The notes under the pieces are model-generated. The model made no database searches, was not told where the DNA came from, and saw nothing but the letters and a program-made list of their open reading frames with translations. From positions 5,671 through 69,670 of the forward strand of contig JACPZS010000086.1 in the NCBI GenBank assembly GCA_016195385.1: DNA of 64,000 nucleotides, read 5' to 3'. Positions 55,793 through 64,000 of this stretch are shown here, piece after piece (position 1 is the stretch's first letter; each line of letters begins with the position of its first letter). The DNA comes from Verrucomicrobiota bacterium (GTDB lineage Bacteria; Verrucomicrobiota; Verrucomicrobiia; Limisphaerales; JACPZS01). A program made the position numbers and the translations under genes.

Positions 55793-57010
55793 ATGCCCAC
55801 CTACACATATTTGGCCCGCGACGCCGCCAGCGGCAGAGAAACCCGGAGCACGCTTGACGCCGCAACCGAACAAGCGGCCATCGCCGCGTTGTTGAACCGG
55901 AATCTTTTGGTCGTTTCCATCGAGGAGAAGCTTGCCCGCAAAGGGAAAAGTTCCGGCGGCACCATTCCCCTGGCCGATCTCGTCGTGTTCACGCGGCAAT
56001 TGGCGACGATGATTGACGCCGGTCTCGCGATGGTGCAGTCGCTCCAAGCGTTGGCGGAGCAAACTTCCAACAAAGTCATGCGCGACGTGATCAAGGATGT
56101 CTGCGCGCGTGTGGAAGGCGGCGACAATTTTTCGGCCGCGTTGCAAAAGCACCCCAAAGTTTTCAACCGGCTGTATGTCTGCATGGTGGACGCCGGCGAA
56201 AAAGGCGGTTTGCTTGCGGAAATTCTGGCGCGGCTGGCGACTTATCTGGAAAACACCGCGCGGCTGCGCAAGAAGGTCAAGTCAGCGATGATGTATCCCA
56301 CGGCCGTGACCGTTGTCGCCATCGGCATTACGATCTTCCTGCTGGTGAAAGTCGTGCCCGTGTTCGCGGAGATTTTTTCGGGCTTCGGCGCGCAGCTTCC
56401 CGCTCCAACGCAGTTTCTGATCGACCTGAGCAAGTTCGTCCAAAAGTATTTCATCTACATCATCATGGGTCTGGGCGGCAGCGTGTATGGCTGGCTCGCT
56501 TACATAAAAACGAAGCAGGGGCGCGAGTTCTGGGATCGCACGCGTATCAAGCTCCCGATCTTCGGCCAGATTGCGCATAAAATCTGTCTCGCGCGCTTCA
56601 CCCGCACGCTGGCATCGCTCATCCGCAGCGGCGTGCCCATCCTCGAAGTGTTGAACATCGTGGGCAACACGTGCGGCAACGTAATCATGGAAAAGGCCAT
56701 TCGCGCCGCGATGGGCGACATCGAACGCGGCGAAGGCATCTCCAACGCGCTCTCCAAACATCCCATCTTTCCGGTGATGATCATCCGCATGATGACGGCC
56801 GGCGAACAAACCGGCAAAATCGACGCGATGCTCGAGCGTGTGGCCGACTTCCTCGACGAGGAAATCGAAACGACGCTCTCCGGTTTGACCTCGCTGATCG
56901 AACCGCTCCTCATCGTCTTTCTTGGCGTCGTCATCGGCGGCATGGTTGTGGCGATGTTTATGCCCATCTTCAAGATGAGCGACATCATCAATCCGCCGCG
57001 CAAACGCTGA
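55793..57010 (+). CDS. GspF/PilC-family inner-membrane platform protein (type II secretion / type IV pilus)
   Basis: 405 aa with two T2SSF repeats and three TM helices (FTRQLATMIDAGLAMVQSL; FTRTLASLIRSGVPILEVL; LIEPLLIVFLGVVIGGMVVAMFMPIF). Confidence 0.85.
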   Translation: MPTYTYLARDAASGRETRSTLDAATEQAAIAALLNRNLLVVSIEEKLARKGKSSGGTIPLADLVVFTRQLATMIDAGLAMVQSLQALAEQTSNKVMRDVIKDVCARVEGGDNFSAALQKHPKVFNRLYVCMVDAGEKGGLLAEILARLATYLENTARLRKKVKSAMMYPTAVTVVAIGITIFLLVKVVPVFAEIFSGFGAQLPAPTQFLIDLSKFVQKYFIYIIMGLGGSVYGWLAYIKTKQGREFWDRTRIKLPIFGQIAHKICLARFTRTLASLIRSGVPILEVLNIVGNTCGNVIMEKAIRAAMGDIERGEGISNALSKHPIFPVMIIRMMTAGEQTGKIDAMLERVADFLDEEIETTLSGLTSLIEPLLIVFLGVVIGGMVVAMFMPIFKMSDIINPPRKR

Positions 57011-57065
57011 ACGCGCTTTCATCCGTCCACTCGGCCGGCTCTCTGGGTCTTGGCGTTAAAAGCAA

Positions 57066-57095
57066 AAACCCCTTCCGCTTGCGCGGAAGGGGTTT
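57066..57095. terminator. bidirectional intrinsic terminator between convergent genes
   Basis: AAACCCCTTCCGC-TTGC-GCGGAAGGGGTTT. The 10-bp GC-rich stem is flanked by an A-run upstream and a short T-run downstream. It lies between the GspF/PilC stop (57010) and the porin stop (57115). Confidence 0.7.
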
Positions 57096-57114
57096 GAAGC
57101 TTTAGTGAGTTCGC

Positions 57115-58308
57115 TTAGAACTTGTAGATGACGTTCAGAGCGAGTGACAAGGCGTTCTTCTGGCCGAGCGGATAATGATCGGTCGCGAAAGTACCACCGG
57201 GTCCGCCGCGCAAGTCATGATCCCAACGGAATTCAACCCGGCTGATGACATTCGCCCACAGCGAGTAATCGACCGTGAAGGTTTCGCCGATGAGTTGCGG
57301 GTGATGGTTCGTCGTGGCCGCAGCCGAGGCGAGGGAATCTTCTACTTCGCCTGGATAGTAATAGCCACTGACACCAAATGGGTTGTAGGAATTTCCTGAG
57401 GTCGCGTATTCAAAGCGATTGTTGAAACTCCATTTGTCGTGCTTGTAAGTCGTGTAGAACGACGCTGCATTCGCATAGCCTGACGGATTAAACCCATCCC
57501 GGTGGCTGAAGCCTTGGTAGTCGTACGACGCGCCAACTGAGAGGCCTTCAAGGCCGGTCGGCGTAGTCACGCCCACGTAATAGTTTTGAGTGTCCACGCT
57601 GGGAGCGACTTGCTTGCCGTGGTCAACGATGCCCGCATAGAGTGCCGCGCCTTTGAGCGAGCCCCAACTTTCGGGTGCGGTAAACACGACAGAAGCCATG
57701 TAGCTCTTCACGGATTCAATCTGAGAGCGGTTGTTGATACCGAAGCCGACACCAGGATCAGCCACGCCCGCCGTCACGCTCATCCAATCTGCGACCTTGT
57801 AGCTGGCTTGGAGGCCCGTGTAAGTGGTCGGTTCGAGCAGGTAGCCGAACGAACGGCTGTAGTTGGGATTGCTGCCGGCATCGAATACTTCATAGCCGAT
57901 GATGGTGTCCCAGACGCCCATCTTCACGTCAACTCCATTGCCCACCGGCACGCGCAGCGCGACGTAGGCTTGCTTGATGTTGGAGCCAAACGTTCCGGCA
58001 TCGGGGCCGACCAGGAAATCGACCTTATAGCCGGCCGACCATTGGCCTTCATCCAACGGTTTTTCGAGGGACACTTTGACGACGTTCAGGTTGAACCCGT
58101 CCTGCTTGGCGGGTCCGTCGTAGGAACGGCCAACCACATTTGCGCCCGTGCCAAACTTCCAGATTGCCGACGTATCCACATACCCGCTCAGGGTGGTGGA
58201 AGAGAGCGCCGTCATGACTTGACTGGCCGCTTCTTCAGCGTTTACTGCCGATGCCAGGCTGATGACGCCTGCCGCGGCCAAACCAACTGTCCATTGATTC
58301 AACTTCAT
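57115..58308 (-). CDS. outer-membrane beta-barrel porin
   Basis: 397 aa with the signal peptide MKLNQWTVGLAAAGVISLASAVNA. It has an alternating amphipathic strand pattern and Tyr/Gly-rich loops. The C-terminal LALNVIYKF is an aromatic terminus. Confidence 0.7.
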   Translation of the reverse strand: MKLNQWTVGLAAAGVISLASAVNAEEAASQVMTALSSTTLSGYVDTSAIWKFGTGANVVGRSYDGPAKQDGFNLNVVKVSLEKPLDEGQWSAGYKVDFLVGPDAGTFGSNIKQAYVALRVPVGNGVDVKMGVWDTIIGYEVFDAGSNPNYSRSFGYLLEPTTYTGLQASYKVADWMSVTAGVADPGVGFGINNRSQIESVKSYMASVVFTAPESWGSLKGAALYAGIVDHGKQVAPSVDTQNYYVGVTTPTGLEGLSVGASYDYQGFSHRDGFNPSGYANAASFYTTYKHDKWSFNNRFEYATSGNSYNPFGVSGYYYPGEVEDSLASAAATTNHHPQLIGETFTVDYSLWANVISRVEFRWDHDLRGGPGGTFATDHYPLGQKNALSLALNVIYKF

Positions 58309-58676
58309 TTCGTAGTTCCTCCAGCGATGTTATTATTCTGCGTTTTTATGCGTTAATTCGGGGTAAAAACAGTTTACCCGCGCACCAAAACGGTGCATTT
58401 AAGCGCTGAAGCTAGGGAATCAACCGGACGTTGACAACAATTATTTTTGATTCAAGAACATCTTCGACGGAACTCAGTGTCGCTTGCCAGGCCCGGATCG
58501 ACGTTGGACAGGTTGTGCCGGAGGCAGCATTCCATAAAATTCAGCCCATTGAGCGGTTGAATCTGCGTGCGGTTTGCATGACGAATTCAGCTTGATCATC
58601 AAGTTGTCGCGTTTTTTTTGGCCATCCGCTTTCGTAAAAAGTTCGCTCGCTGCTGTTGAGCCGCTAGATTCAAGCC

Positions 58677-59327
58677 GTGAATCTGCTCGCCGATTGCCGG
58701 CTTTACGGATTTGTCGATACGGCTTACCTGCACGGACGCGCGGCGGACGAAGTGGCGCGGGCGTTGTGCGCCGGCGGCTGCGATTTGATTCAACTTCGGG
58801 CGAAAGGCGCGACGCTGGATCTCGTGCGCCAAATGGCGGCGGCAATTTTGGCGGTGACGGATCGCGCCGGAGTCGGGCTGGTGATCAATGACCATCCAAT
58901 CATCGCCGCCGAAGCTGGCGCGCCGCTTTGTCATCTTGGACAGGAAGACTTCTTTGACGCCGGCCACCGGCACGTTGGCGAATTGACCGCGGGCGGACGC
59001 CTGCAAATTGGTTTGAGCACGCATGCGCCGACGCAAGCCGGGCGTGCGGTTGAGGCAGGTGCCGCGTACGTGGCAATTGGACCGGTTTTCCCAACCGGCA
59101 CAAAACCGACGGCGCGTCCGGTGTCGCTGGAATACGTGCGTTGGGCGGCGCGCGAAGTCACGATCCCGTGGTTCGCGATTGGCGGCATCACTTTGGAAAA
59201 CGTGGACGACGTGCTCGCGGCCGGCGCACGGCGCATTTGCGTCGTGTCCGCAATTTTGAATGCGCCGGACATTGTGGAAGCTTGTCAGGCGTTTCGGAAC
59301 CGCCTAAGTTCCGCGCCGCTCCGCTGA
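58677..59327 (+). CDS. thiE: thiamine-phosphate synthase
   Basis: GTG start, 216 aa. LYGFVD, IQLRAK, LVINDH, HLGQED, GLSTH, YVAIGPVFPTGTK and WFAIGGI occur in the order characteristic of ThiE. Confidence 0.85.
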   Translation: MNLLADCRLYGFVDTAYLHGRAADEVARALCAGGCDLIQLRAKGATLDLVRQMAAAILAVTDRAGVGLVINDHPIIAAEAGAPLCHLGQEDFFDAGHRHVGELTAGGRLQIGLSTHAPTQAGRAVEAGAAYVAIGPVFPTGTKPTARPVSLEYVRWAAREVTIPWFAIGGITLENVDDVLAAGARRICVVSAILNAPDIVEACQAFRNRLSSAPLR

Positions 59328-59372
59328 CGGGCGGCGCGAAACAGTTCAAATCGCAAAGCAAAATTTATTCAA

Positions 59373-60272
59373 ATGAGCGTACTCGTAGTTGGTTCAACGG
59401 CGTTGGATTCGATCAAAACACCGAAAAGCGAAAATCCCCGGCTGCTCGGCGGCTCGGCAAGTCATGCCGCGGTGGCCGCGAGCTTCTTTTCGCCGGTGAA
59501 ACTCGTCGGCGTCGTCGGCGAAGATTTTCCGAAGCGCTACGTGCAGCTTTATCGCAAGCACGGCATCGACCTCGAGGGGCTCCAAGTCACACGCGGAAAA
59601 ACGTTTCATTGGGCGGGCGAATACGAGGTGAACATGAACAACCGGCGCACGCTCGCGACGGAGCTGGGCGTCTTTGAAACCTTCACACCGACGTTGCCTG
59701 GCCAGCATCACGACACACCGTATGTGCTGCTGGCAAATATCGCGCCGGCTTTGCAGCACCATGTCCTCGACCAGATGCGCCGGCCGAAATTCATCGTCGC
59801 CGACACGATGGATTTGTGGCTGAACATCGCGCTGCCGGATTTGTTGAAATTGCTCCGCCGTGTGGATGCGTTCGTGTTGAACGACAGCGAGGCGCGCCAG
59901 TTGACGAAAGAAGATAACGTCGTTGTCGCCGCCAGGAAAATTCATCGTCTCGGCCCGAAATACGTCATCGTCAAAAAGGGCGAGCACGGCGCGATTCTGT
60001 CTTCGCCATCCGGCCTGTTCGTCGCGCCGGCCTATCCGCTGCGCAAAGTGGTTGATCCGACGGGCGCGGGCGATTCGTTCGTCGGCGGGCTTGTCGGTTA
60101 TCTCGCCAGCCGCAAGGGATCCATCGACGCGAACCTGCGGCGTGGCATGATTTGCGGTAGTGTCGTCGCCTCGTTTTGCTGCGAGGGATTCGGCTTGCGC
60201 AAAACCACCCAGGTGACGCGGTCGATGATTGACGCGCGCGTGAAGGAACTCGAGGGGCTGGTGAAATTTTGA
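59373..60272 (+). CDS. PfkB-family carbohydrate/nucleoside kinase
   Basis: 299 aa with the N-terminal motif VLVVGSTALD. The C-terminal ATP/anion-hole motif is DPTGAGDSFVGGLVGYL. Substrate is not assignable. Confidence 0.85.
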   Translation: MSVLVVGSTALDSIKTPKSENPRLLGGSASHAAVAASFFSPVKLVGVVGEDFPKRYVQLYRKHGIDLEGLQVTRGKTFHWAGEYEVNMNNRRTLATELGVFETFTPTLPGQHHDTPYVLLANIAPALQHHVLDQMRRPKFIVADTMDLWLNIALPDLLKLLRRVDAFVLNDSEARQLTKEDNVVVAARKIHRLGPKYVIVKKGEHGAILSSPSGLFVAPAYPLRKVVDPTGAGDSFVGGLVGYLASRKGSIDANLRRGMICGSVVASFCCEGFGLRKTTQVTRSMIDARVKELEGLVKF

Positions 60273-60459
60273 GCAACACGCTCGCGGGGATCTCCTCTGG
60301 CGAAAAACGGTCGGGCAGGTTTTTCTGCCACGCCATCCCGGTGGCACCAGCGCGCAACTGGAGCCAACGTCGCGCGGGCCGCGACCATTGGCCATTTTCA
60401 ACTTTTCGCGCCAATTGGAACCGGCCGGGCGCGTGAAAAATTTCCGACGTGGACAATTC

Positions 60460-60475
60460 TGGCAGTGTTATTGCT
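60460..60475 (+). promoter_or_regulatory. sigma-54-type -24/-12 promoter-like element (TGGCAG-TGTTA-TTGCT)
   Basis: GG at 60461-62 and GC at 60473-74 are separated by exactly 10 nt. The element matches TGGCAC-N5-TTGCW at 10 of 11 specified positions and ends 34 nt upstream of the rpoN ATG. Confidence 0.45.
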
Positions 60476-60509
60476 TGAGTTGCGAATGGGAACTCCGATA
60501 ATTCCCACA

Positions 60510-62003
60510 ATGGCTCAAGGTCTGTATTTGTCGCAGAAGATGTCGTTGCAACAGGTGCTCGCACCGCAGTTGCAACAATCGCTGGCGTTGCTCCACGCGC
60601 CGACGTTGGAATTGCAGGCGCTCATCCAGCAGGAGCTGAACAACAATGTGACGCTAGAGGAAGTGCCGCTCGAAGACGTGGCGCAGGAGGAAAAGCAGGA
60701 GCGCACCGAAGAAGCCGTGTCGCTCGATCCGACGGAACCGCCGGCCGACGTCACGTTTGACCCCGCGACGGAAAAGGCGAACGGCGAGCCGGTGGATGAA
60801 TTCGCGGCGGAACTGGAAAAATTGATGCAGCTTGATCAGGAATGGCGCGACCACTATTCGCAGGCAAACCTTCCGGTGCGCCATAGTCCCGAGGATGAAG
60901 AAAAGCGGCAGTTCTTGTTCGATTCCCTGACGACCGGCACTTCGCTGCAGGAAGATTTGTTGGAGCAATTGCGCACTTCCGATCTGCCGCCGGACACGCA
61001 CCAAGTGGCGGAGATGATCATCGGCAACATCGACGAGCACGGCTATCTGCAGACCACCGTCGAAGATCTTGCGGCCTCGACGGCCATCCCCGCCGAAAAA
61101 ATCCTCGCCGTGCTCAAGTCCGTCCAGGAGTTCGATCCGCCGGGCGTGGGCGCGCGGGATTTGCGCGAATGTCTCATGCTCCAGCTCGAACGGGCCGGCA
61201 GGCGCGACACGCTTGAATACCGCGTCATTGACGAGTGCATGGAAGAATTGCAAAAACGACGCTTCCCGGAAATCGCCCGGCATTTTTCGATTTACGTGGA
61301 TGAAGTCCAGGACGCGGCGGAGAACATCGCCAAGCTGAATCCCAAACCGGGCCGGGTGTTTACGCCGGATGACCAGCAATACGTCGTGGCCGAAGTATTC
61401 ATCCAGCAACAGGATGGTGAATACGTGGTGAGCACGAACAAGGAGCACATCCCCCACCTGCGCATCAGCAACACCTACAAAGATGTCATGACTTCGGGCG
61501 GTTACGACAACACGACGCGCGAATATATCCGGGACAAAATTCGCGCCGCCAAATTCCTGATCAAGAGCATCCATCAGCGGCAGCAAACCATCCTCAACAT
61601 CGCGCGCGAAATCGTGGTTCGGCAGCGGGAGTTCCTCGAATTGGGTCCCGAGCACCTCAAGCCGATGACGATGCTGCAGATCGCCGAAGTCGTGGGCGTC
61701 CATGAAACGACCGTCAGCCGGGCCGTGTCGGGCAAATACATGCAGACGCCGCAGGGCATTTTCGAAATGAAATACTTTTTCAAATCGGGCGTGACCACCA
61801 GCACTGGACAGGCGATTTCCAATACGAGCGTCAAGGAGTTCATCCAGGAAATGTTCAAAAATGAAAACCCCGCCAACCCGATTTCGGATCAGGAAGTTGT
61901 GAAGCGCCTCAAGGAGCGCGGCATTGAAATCGCCCGTCGCACCGTGGCCAAATACCGTTCCGAACTGAACATCCTTCCGTCGAACTTACGCAAAGTTTAC
62001 TGA
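60510..62003 (+). CDS. rpoN: RNA polymerase sigma-54 factor RpoN
   Basis: The ATG at 60510 gives the Gln/Leu-rich region I (MAQGLYLSQKMSLQQVLAPQLQQSLALLHAPTLELQ). It has an acidic region II, an HTH (MTMLQIAEVVGVHETTVSRAV) and the RpoN box ARRTVAKYR. Confidence 0.95.
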   Translation: MAQGLYLSQKMSLQQVLAPQLQQSLALLHAPTLELQALIQQELNNNVTLEEVPLEDVAQEEKQERTEEAVSLDPTEPPADVTFDPATEKANGEPVDEFAAELEKLMQLDQEWRDHYSQANLPVRHSPEDEEKRQFLFDSLTTGTSLQEDLLEQLRTSDLPPDTHQVAEMIIGNIDEHGYLQTTVEDLAASTAIPAEKILAVLKSVQEFDPPGVGARDLRECLMLQLERAGRRDTLEYRVIDECMEELQKRRFPEIARHFSIYVDEVQDAAENIAKLNPKPGRVFTPDDQQYVVAEVFIQQQDGEYVVSTNKEHIPHLRISNTYKDVMTSGGYDNTTREYIRDKIRAAKFLIKSIHQRQQTILNIAREIVVRQREFLELGPEHLKPMTMLQIAEVVGVHETTVSRAVSGKYMQTPQGIFEMKYFFKSGVTTSTGQAISNTSVKEFIQEMFKNENPANPISDQEVVKRLKERGIEIARRTVAKYRSELNILPSNLRKVY

Positions 62004-62036
62004 CCCCGCTCGTTTTTGAGTTTCGTAAAACGGACG

Positions 62037-63617
62037 TTATTCTTCGGCGTCGGTTGGTGCGGAACGATGAAGCTTCGCGCTTACTAGATTGAAAATCTCC
62101 CACGCCGATCCAATCTTCAGCCAGAGCAGCGTTGCGACATAGAGCAGGCTGGCGGAGATGGCCGGGACAAACACCGCGCCGATGCGTTGCGGCAAATGTT
62201 CGTGGCCAATGTTCCGTTCCCAAAACCAACTCAGCGTCCACGCCAGCGCCGCCGCGCCCGCCGCCGCGCCGAGCATCGGCAGCATCCGCTCGAAGAGTGA
62301 CTGCAGCACCAACTGCGGCATCTTAACCCGCAGCGCATGGAGCAGCAGCCAGACGTTGAAGAGAGCGCTCATCGTGTTCGCCGCGCCGAGTCCGGCTTCG
62401 TGGAAAGGCACGATGGCCCAGAGTGCGAAGACCAGGTTGAGCGCGAGACAGGCGACGCTGATGCGCATCGGCGTCTGAATGTCACCCAGCGCGTAGAACG
62501 CGCGCGCCAGAATGTTCACAAGCGAAAACGCGATCAGGCCGGGAGCCATCGTGGCGACAGTCCACGCGACGCCGTACGTTGAAGCTGCGTCGAATTCGCC
62601 GCGCTCGAAGAGCAGCCGGACGATTGGTTCCGCGAGCACCAGCAACAACACCGAAGCAAGCAAGTTGATGAAGATGAGATACGAAACGCCCTGCTTGAGC
62701 GTGGCGCGAAACTCCGGAAATTTTTTCTCCGTCGCCAGTCCGGTCAGTGTCGGGAGCAGATAGGTCGCAAGCGAAATGCCGCAGACGCCTTGCGGCAACT
62801 CCATTAACCGGACGGCGTAGTTGAACGAGGCGACGATGGAGTGGCCGTACCAAAACGCGAAGCCGTAGGTCAGCGCGACGTTGATTTGAAACGCGGCGAC
62901 GCCGATGGTGCCCGGCAGCATTTTTTGCACGACCTGCCGCACAGTTTCATTTTTCCACGGGGCGATCCATTCAAAGCGATACCCTTCGCGACGCAGCGTC
63001 GGCAGTTGAAAGCCCGCCTGCGCGACCCCTGCGACGAGTACGCCGATGGCGAGGCCAAAGATTTGCGTCTGCGGCGTCGATCCCATGTGCGGAGCCAGGA
63101 ATAGCACCGAGGCAATCATTGCGAGGTTCAACATCGTCGCACCCATGGCGGGGATGAAAAAATGGCCGCGCGCGTTCAACATGCCCATGAAAGTCGCCGC
63201 CAGGCAGACGAGCAGCAGGTACGGAAACATCACCCGCAATAATTCGAGCATCAGGCGGGTTTTCGCCGTAAAAGTGCCGACGGCGAGCGTGATGGAAATT
63301 CCCAGCAGCGTCAGGCCGATGAGAATCGACGCTGCGACGACAAGGCCGGAGATCACCGCGTTGGCCGCGCGCCACATTTCCCGATCGCCTTCCTTTTTTT
63401 CCTTCTCCTTGAACAGCGGAATAAAGGCCGCCGTCAACGCGCCTTCGCCCAGCAGCCGGCGAAACAAATTGGGAATCGTGAACGCGAGAAAAAATGCGCT
63501 CGCCACCCATTTCGTGCCGAGAAAGTGCGCATAGACCATCTCGCGCACCATGCCGAGCACGCGGCTCAACAAAGTGGCCGCGCCCATCGAGCCGGAGGAT
63601 TTGAGCATTTGTGACAT
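62037..63617 (-). CDS. murJ: lipid II flippase MurJ (MviN)
   Basis: 526 aa with about 14 TM helices. The N-terminus MLKSSGSMGAATLLSRVLGMVREMVYAHFLG...FFLAFTIPNLFRRLLGEGALTAAFIPLF is typical of MurJ. Confidence 0.9.
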   Translation of the reverse strand: MSQMLKSSGSMGAATLLSRVLGMVREMVYAHFLGTKWVASAFFLAFTIPNLFRRLLGEGALTAAFIPLFKEKEKKEGDREMWRAANAVISGLVVAASILIGLTLLGISITLAVGTFTAKTRLMLELLRVMFPYLLLVCLAATFMGMLNARGHFFIPAMGATMLNLAMIASVLFLAPHMGSTPQTQIFGLAIGVLVAGVAQAGFQLPTLRREGYRFEWIAPWKNETVRQVVQKMLPGTIGVAAFQINVALTYGFAFWYGHSIVASFNYAVRLMELPQGVCGISLATYLLPTLTGLATEKKFPEFRATLKQGVSYLIFINLLASVLLLVLAEPIVRLLFERGEFDAASTYGVAWTVATMAPGLIAFSLVNILARAFYALGDIQTPMRISVACLALNLVFALWAIVPFHEAGLGAANTMSALFNVWLLLHALRVKMPQLVLQSLFERMLPMLGAAAGAAALAWTLSWFWERNIGHEHLPQRIGAVFVPAISASLLYVATLLWLKIGSAWEIFNLVSAKLHRSAPTDAEE

Positions 63618-63686
63618 GCGAGAGCTGATGAGTTCGAGCGAGCTTCGTGGCGTTGGAGCGGAGTTATGCGAATTGAGCCAGTGAAC

Positions 63687-64000
63687 TTAGCCGAACAAAA
63701 TCTCTTCGCCGGCGTGCGCGAACGAATGCGGAATTCCGCCGACCCTGACCTCGGCCAGCCGGCGCGTGGTGTCGAAATTATCCCAATACTTGCGGCTGAG
63801 GTGGACAAAGATGATTCGCTTGATGGCTTGACCGCGCAAGTAGTCGAACAATTTCTCTGCTTCGAAATGCGCGAGTTCGCTGACGAGCAAGTCGAGCGGC
63901 TTTTTCAGCAGTGGCACCAGATCCTCCGGGGCACCGATGTCCGCGCTGTGACCTACGCGAACGCCGTCGTGCTCGATCAAAAAGCTGAACGCTTCAAACG
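63687..64000 (-). CDS. partial CDS (5' end beyond window): probable MBL-fold metallo-hydrolase
   Basis: The frame stays open to the window edge (...FEAFSFLIEHDGVRVGHSADIG...). The C-terminal IIFVHLSRKY resembles the final His motif region of RNase Z/MBL-fold proteins. The assignment is weak. Confidence 0.45.
   Translation of the reverse strand, partial: FEAFSFLIEHDGVRVGHSADIGAPEDLVPLLKKPLDLLVSELAHFEAEKLFDYLRGQAIKRIIFVHLSRKYWDNFDTTRRLAEVRVGGIPHSFAHAGEEILFG

Noticed and set aside
58309-58676. Possible TPP (THI-box) riboswitch or attenuator in the thiE leader, including a weak hairpin CAGCTTGAT-C-ATCAAGTTG (58588..58606) followed by T8 (58612..58619).
   Set aside because: I could not find the conserved THI-box elements (CUGAGA and ACCUGAUCUGGAUAAUGCCAGCG-like segments). 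The hairpin is AT-rich, contains a G-U pair, and is separated from the T-run by 5 nt. A covariance-model scan (Rfam TPP model) would settle it.
17842-61703. Other long antisense or out-of-frame ORFs. Examples are 17842..19227 (-), 38039..39994 (+), 47380..48423 (-), 60654..61703 (-), 3514..4557 (+), 5199..6158 (-) and 6148..6999 (-).
   Set aside because: Each lies fully inside, and opposite to, a confidently identified gene (PA14 protein, RND pump, pstC, rpoN, aldolase, ferritin-like, P-family). None shows any recognisable domain.
1-64000. Search by eye for CRISPR arrays, IS elements with terminal inverted repeats, integrase/transposase genes, prophage genes, toxin-antitoxin or defence-system genes, tRNA/rRNA genes.
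   Set aside because: I found no regularly spaced short direct repeats, no recombinase-like ORFs and no cloverleaf-like or rRNA-like segments in the intergenic regions. The only repeats are the paralogous genes and the regulatory and terminator elements reported above. tRNAscan, Infernal and a CRISPR finder would be needed for a definitive negative.

Overview
GC-rich bacterial chromosomal window with about 45 protein-coding genes. I found no rRNA, tRNA, CRISPR array, transposase or integrase. The gene content points to the PVC superphylum, most likely Verrucomicrobiota. That is an inference from two prepilin-type H-X9-DG/DUF1559 pseudopilin-like genes, giant PA14/lectin proteins and CRTAC1/ASPIC-UnbV FG-GAP proteins. 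Layout: (i) 0.1-6 kb carries hscB, an HtrA protease, an MFS transporter with a DapA-family aldolase, and a ferritin-like protein. (ii) 6.3-19.4 kb is an accessory-looking block of exported proteins: two uncharacterised paralogs, a CXXCH + copper-monooxygenase-like + TPR fusion, two pseudopilin-like genes sharing a conserved leader, and two giant PA14/CBM6-like proteins, one of them frameshifted. (iii) 19.4-34.8 kb is a tightly packed co-directional cluster: a mono-CXXCH FG-GAP propeller, three tandem double-module CRTAC1/ASPIC-UnbV paralogs, an eight-CXXCH cytochrome c with a HEAT-like tail, and a small 4-TM protein. This is my best candidate for an undescribed extracytoplasmic system. (iv) 35.0-36.4 kb is a porin behind a Pho-box-like promoter. 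(v) 36.4-45.0 kb is a six-gene, translationally coupled operon (response regulator, kinase, RND adaptor, RraA-like gene, RND pump, TolC-like protein). (vi) 46.3-55.7 kb is a phosphate super-cluster: pstSCAB, phoU, a basic protein, CHAD, sixA, a truncated phoB paralog, phoB and phoR. (vii) 55.8-64 kb carries an orphan GspF/PilC gene, a second porin, thiE, a PfkB kinase, rpoN preceded by a sigma-54-type -24/-12 element, murJ and a partial MBL-fold gene. All product calls come from motif recognition by eye. No database search was run.
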